From IMG/VR virus record IMGVR_UViG_3300029922_000004: a stretch of DNA of 64,000 nucleotides. One strand, given 5' to 3'. The stretch comes from a virus. Each line of letters begins with the position of its first letter. Positions within the stretch are counted from its first letter, which is position 1. Below the pieces are notes generated by a model. The model saw only the letters and a program-made list of their open reading frames with translations. It made no database searches and was not told where the DNA came from. Positions 62,972 to 64,000 of this stretch are shown piece after piece. A program made the translations under genes and the position numbers.

Positions 62972-64000
62972 GTGAGTCTTATAAGTCAAATTTACGGGTT
63001 AGCGGCTTCTGCGATATATATACGCTGCGGTTCTGGAAGCAATACCTCTTTAGTTTTACAAGCTTTGAGTAGCGGGCTTGGTGCAACCACTGGGGATGGG
63101 GCTTATGCTTATAATTTATTCTTACAAACCAACCCATTTACTTCTAGTGGTTTCGGCGGAAGCTCTTTATACCAAACACAATTAGAATCGGCGGTATCTT
63201 TATTTGAACCAAACACTTATAGTAAAATAGGTACGGCGGCTATTATTTATGGATTTGCAAACTTCCCCAACGCTGACGAGTCGATTATCACAGAAAAAAT
63301 CAACACTTATTGCCAAGGGGTAACTACCCTTCTCGGAGAAAGCAATAATTATTTTCCACAAAGCGGTCTAGATTATATTCTAGGTCAAATTAATCTTTCT
63401 TTAATAAATTCGGGTATTGCTGAGTCTCCTGAAAACATTACTGGAGTTTCTATCAATTACAACTGGTATAATTCCGCCCCATTATTTGCTAATCCAAATC
63501 CAGATTCTACATTAATCAGAGACGTTGAAAATCAGTATTATTATTTAACGGGACGATTAATTTATTCATCTCTTCCTACTGCACAACCATGTATAGAATA
63601 TATTCGTAATATACAAACGCCCACCGGTATTATCACACTTTCAGTCATTCAGAATACTCCATGTTATGACCCTTCATCCTATATTGGGCCTTATTCAGGG
63701 ATAAATTTTTATAGAGAGTTCAATGACGGCCCCGGAAGTTCTGGGTACTTCGACCTACCTACACTGCAAGAGTTTGTAAATTTGGACAAGGCTATTTTAA
63801 AACCTCACGATTATTCTAGTAATGTGGTGGTTGCTTATTCCCACGAAAAAGACGCCAGCGGTAATTATATTTACCTTGATTCTGGAATGGTAAATGATAT
63901 ACCGGGATTTTATAGTTCGGGGGGCGAATATGGTCATGGTGTTACTAATTTTATTACCAATGATAAATACTGCCCTTGGGAAAATTACCAATTAGAGGGC
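62972..64000 (+). CDS. Virion-like protein, partial (not in ORF track, runs off the window)
   Basis: GTG at 62972 opens a frame (MSLISQIYGLAASAIYIRCGSGS...) that I could read without a stop to base 64000 (...KYCPWENYQLEG). Confidence 0.65.
   Translation, partial: MSLISQIYGLAASAIYIRCGSGSNTSLVLQALSSGLGATTGDGAYAYNLFLQTNPFTSSGFGGSSLYQTQLESAVSLFEPNTYSKIGTAAIIYGFANFPNADESIITEKINTYCQGVTTLLGESNNYFPQSGLDYILGQINLSLINSGIAESPENITGVSINYNWYNSAPLFANPNPDSTLIRDVENQYYYLTGRLIYSSLPTAQPCIEYIRNIQTPTGIITLSVIQNTPCYDPSSYIGPYSGINFYREFNDGPGSSGYFDLPTLQEFVNLDKAILKPHDYSSNVVVAYSHEKDASGNYIYLDSGMVNDIPGFYSSGGEYGHGVTNFITNDKYCPWENYQLEG

Noticed and set aside
586-63991. The many short (60-150 aa) opposite-strand or alternate-frame ORFs in the track, e.g. 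11873..12307, 12950..13420, 30182..30508, 36396..36698, 62455..62784
   Set aside because: They lie wholly within long, well-supported genes, lack motifs or promoters, and are expected shadows of biased coding sequence.
1-64000. Stop-codon reassignment, as in some large phages
   Set aside because: TAG (210, 5680, 10329, 15600), TGA (2670, 14652) and TAA all end genes cleanly at operon junctions, and coding density is high under code 11.
1-64000. tRNA, rRNA or tail sheath genes
   Set aside because: No cloverleaf or rRNA-like segment was seen in the short intergenic gaps, and no sheath-like ORF precedes the tube gene; this was not computationally scanned.

Overview
This 64-kb window is the virion morphogenesis region of a large tailed dsDNA phage. 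It uses the standard genetic code and is probably a siphovirus, because it has a tail tube and tape measure but no recognisable sheath gene. Order on the + strand: end of terminase large subunit (partial), collagen-repeat fibre, portal, three S/G/T/N-rich virion proteins, prohead protease-scaffold, head decoration protein, major capsid protein, a GC-rich signal-peptide beta-helix gene, two repeat-rich fibre genes, a LamG protein, head-tail adaptor/closure/neck/terminator genes, tail tube, two chaperone-like genes, a 2705-aa tape measure, tail-tip/baseplate genes and two further large virion proteins (the last runs off the window). Six free-standing endonuclease genes are interspersed (2 LAGLIDADG, 3 GIY-YIG, 1 Hef-like). 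Minus-strand islands driven by sigma70-type promoters encode YopX-like proteins, a Rad52-like annealing protein, two glycosyltransferases and a Whirly/PC4-like protein. Most notable: (1) the tape measure carries an internal array of unrelated domain cassettes (one GNAT-like, one possibly nuclease-like) punctuated by seven copies of a short xxG[FY]xP peptide (best copies AAGF[IV]PNF), suggesting a processed, co-injected effector array; (2) a conserved GTGTAAT motif precedes 14 late gene starts, often close enough to imply leaderless mRNA; (3) a GT9-like glycosyltransferase appears split across two genes, next to virion proteins dense in Ser-Gly/Thr-Gly; (4) a probable nested scaffold gene, signal-peptide fibre-like genes and an IS200/IS605-like end remnant. 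All product calls come from manual motif reading and synteny; no database searches were run.
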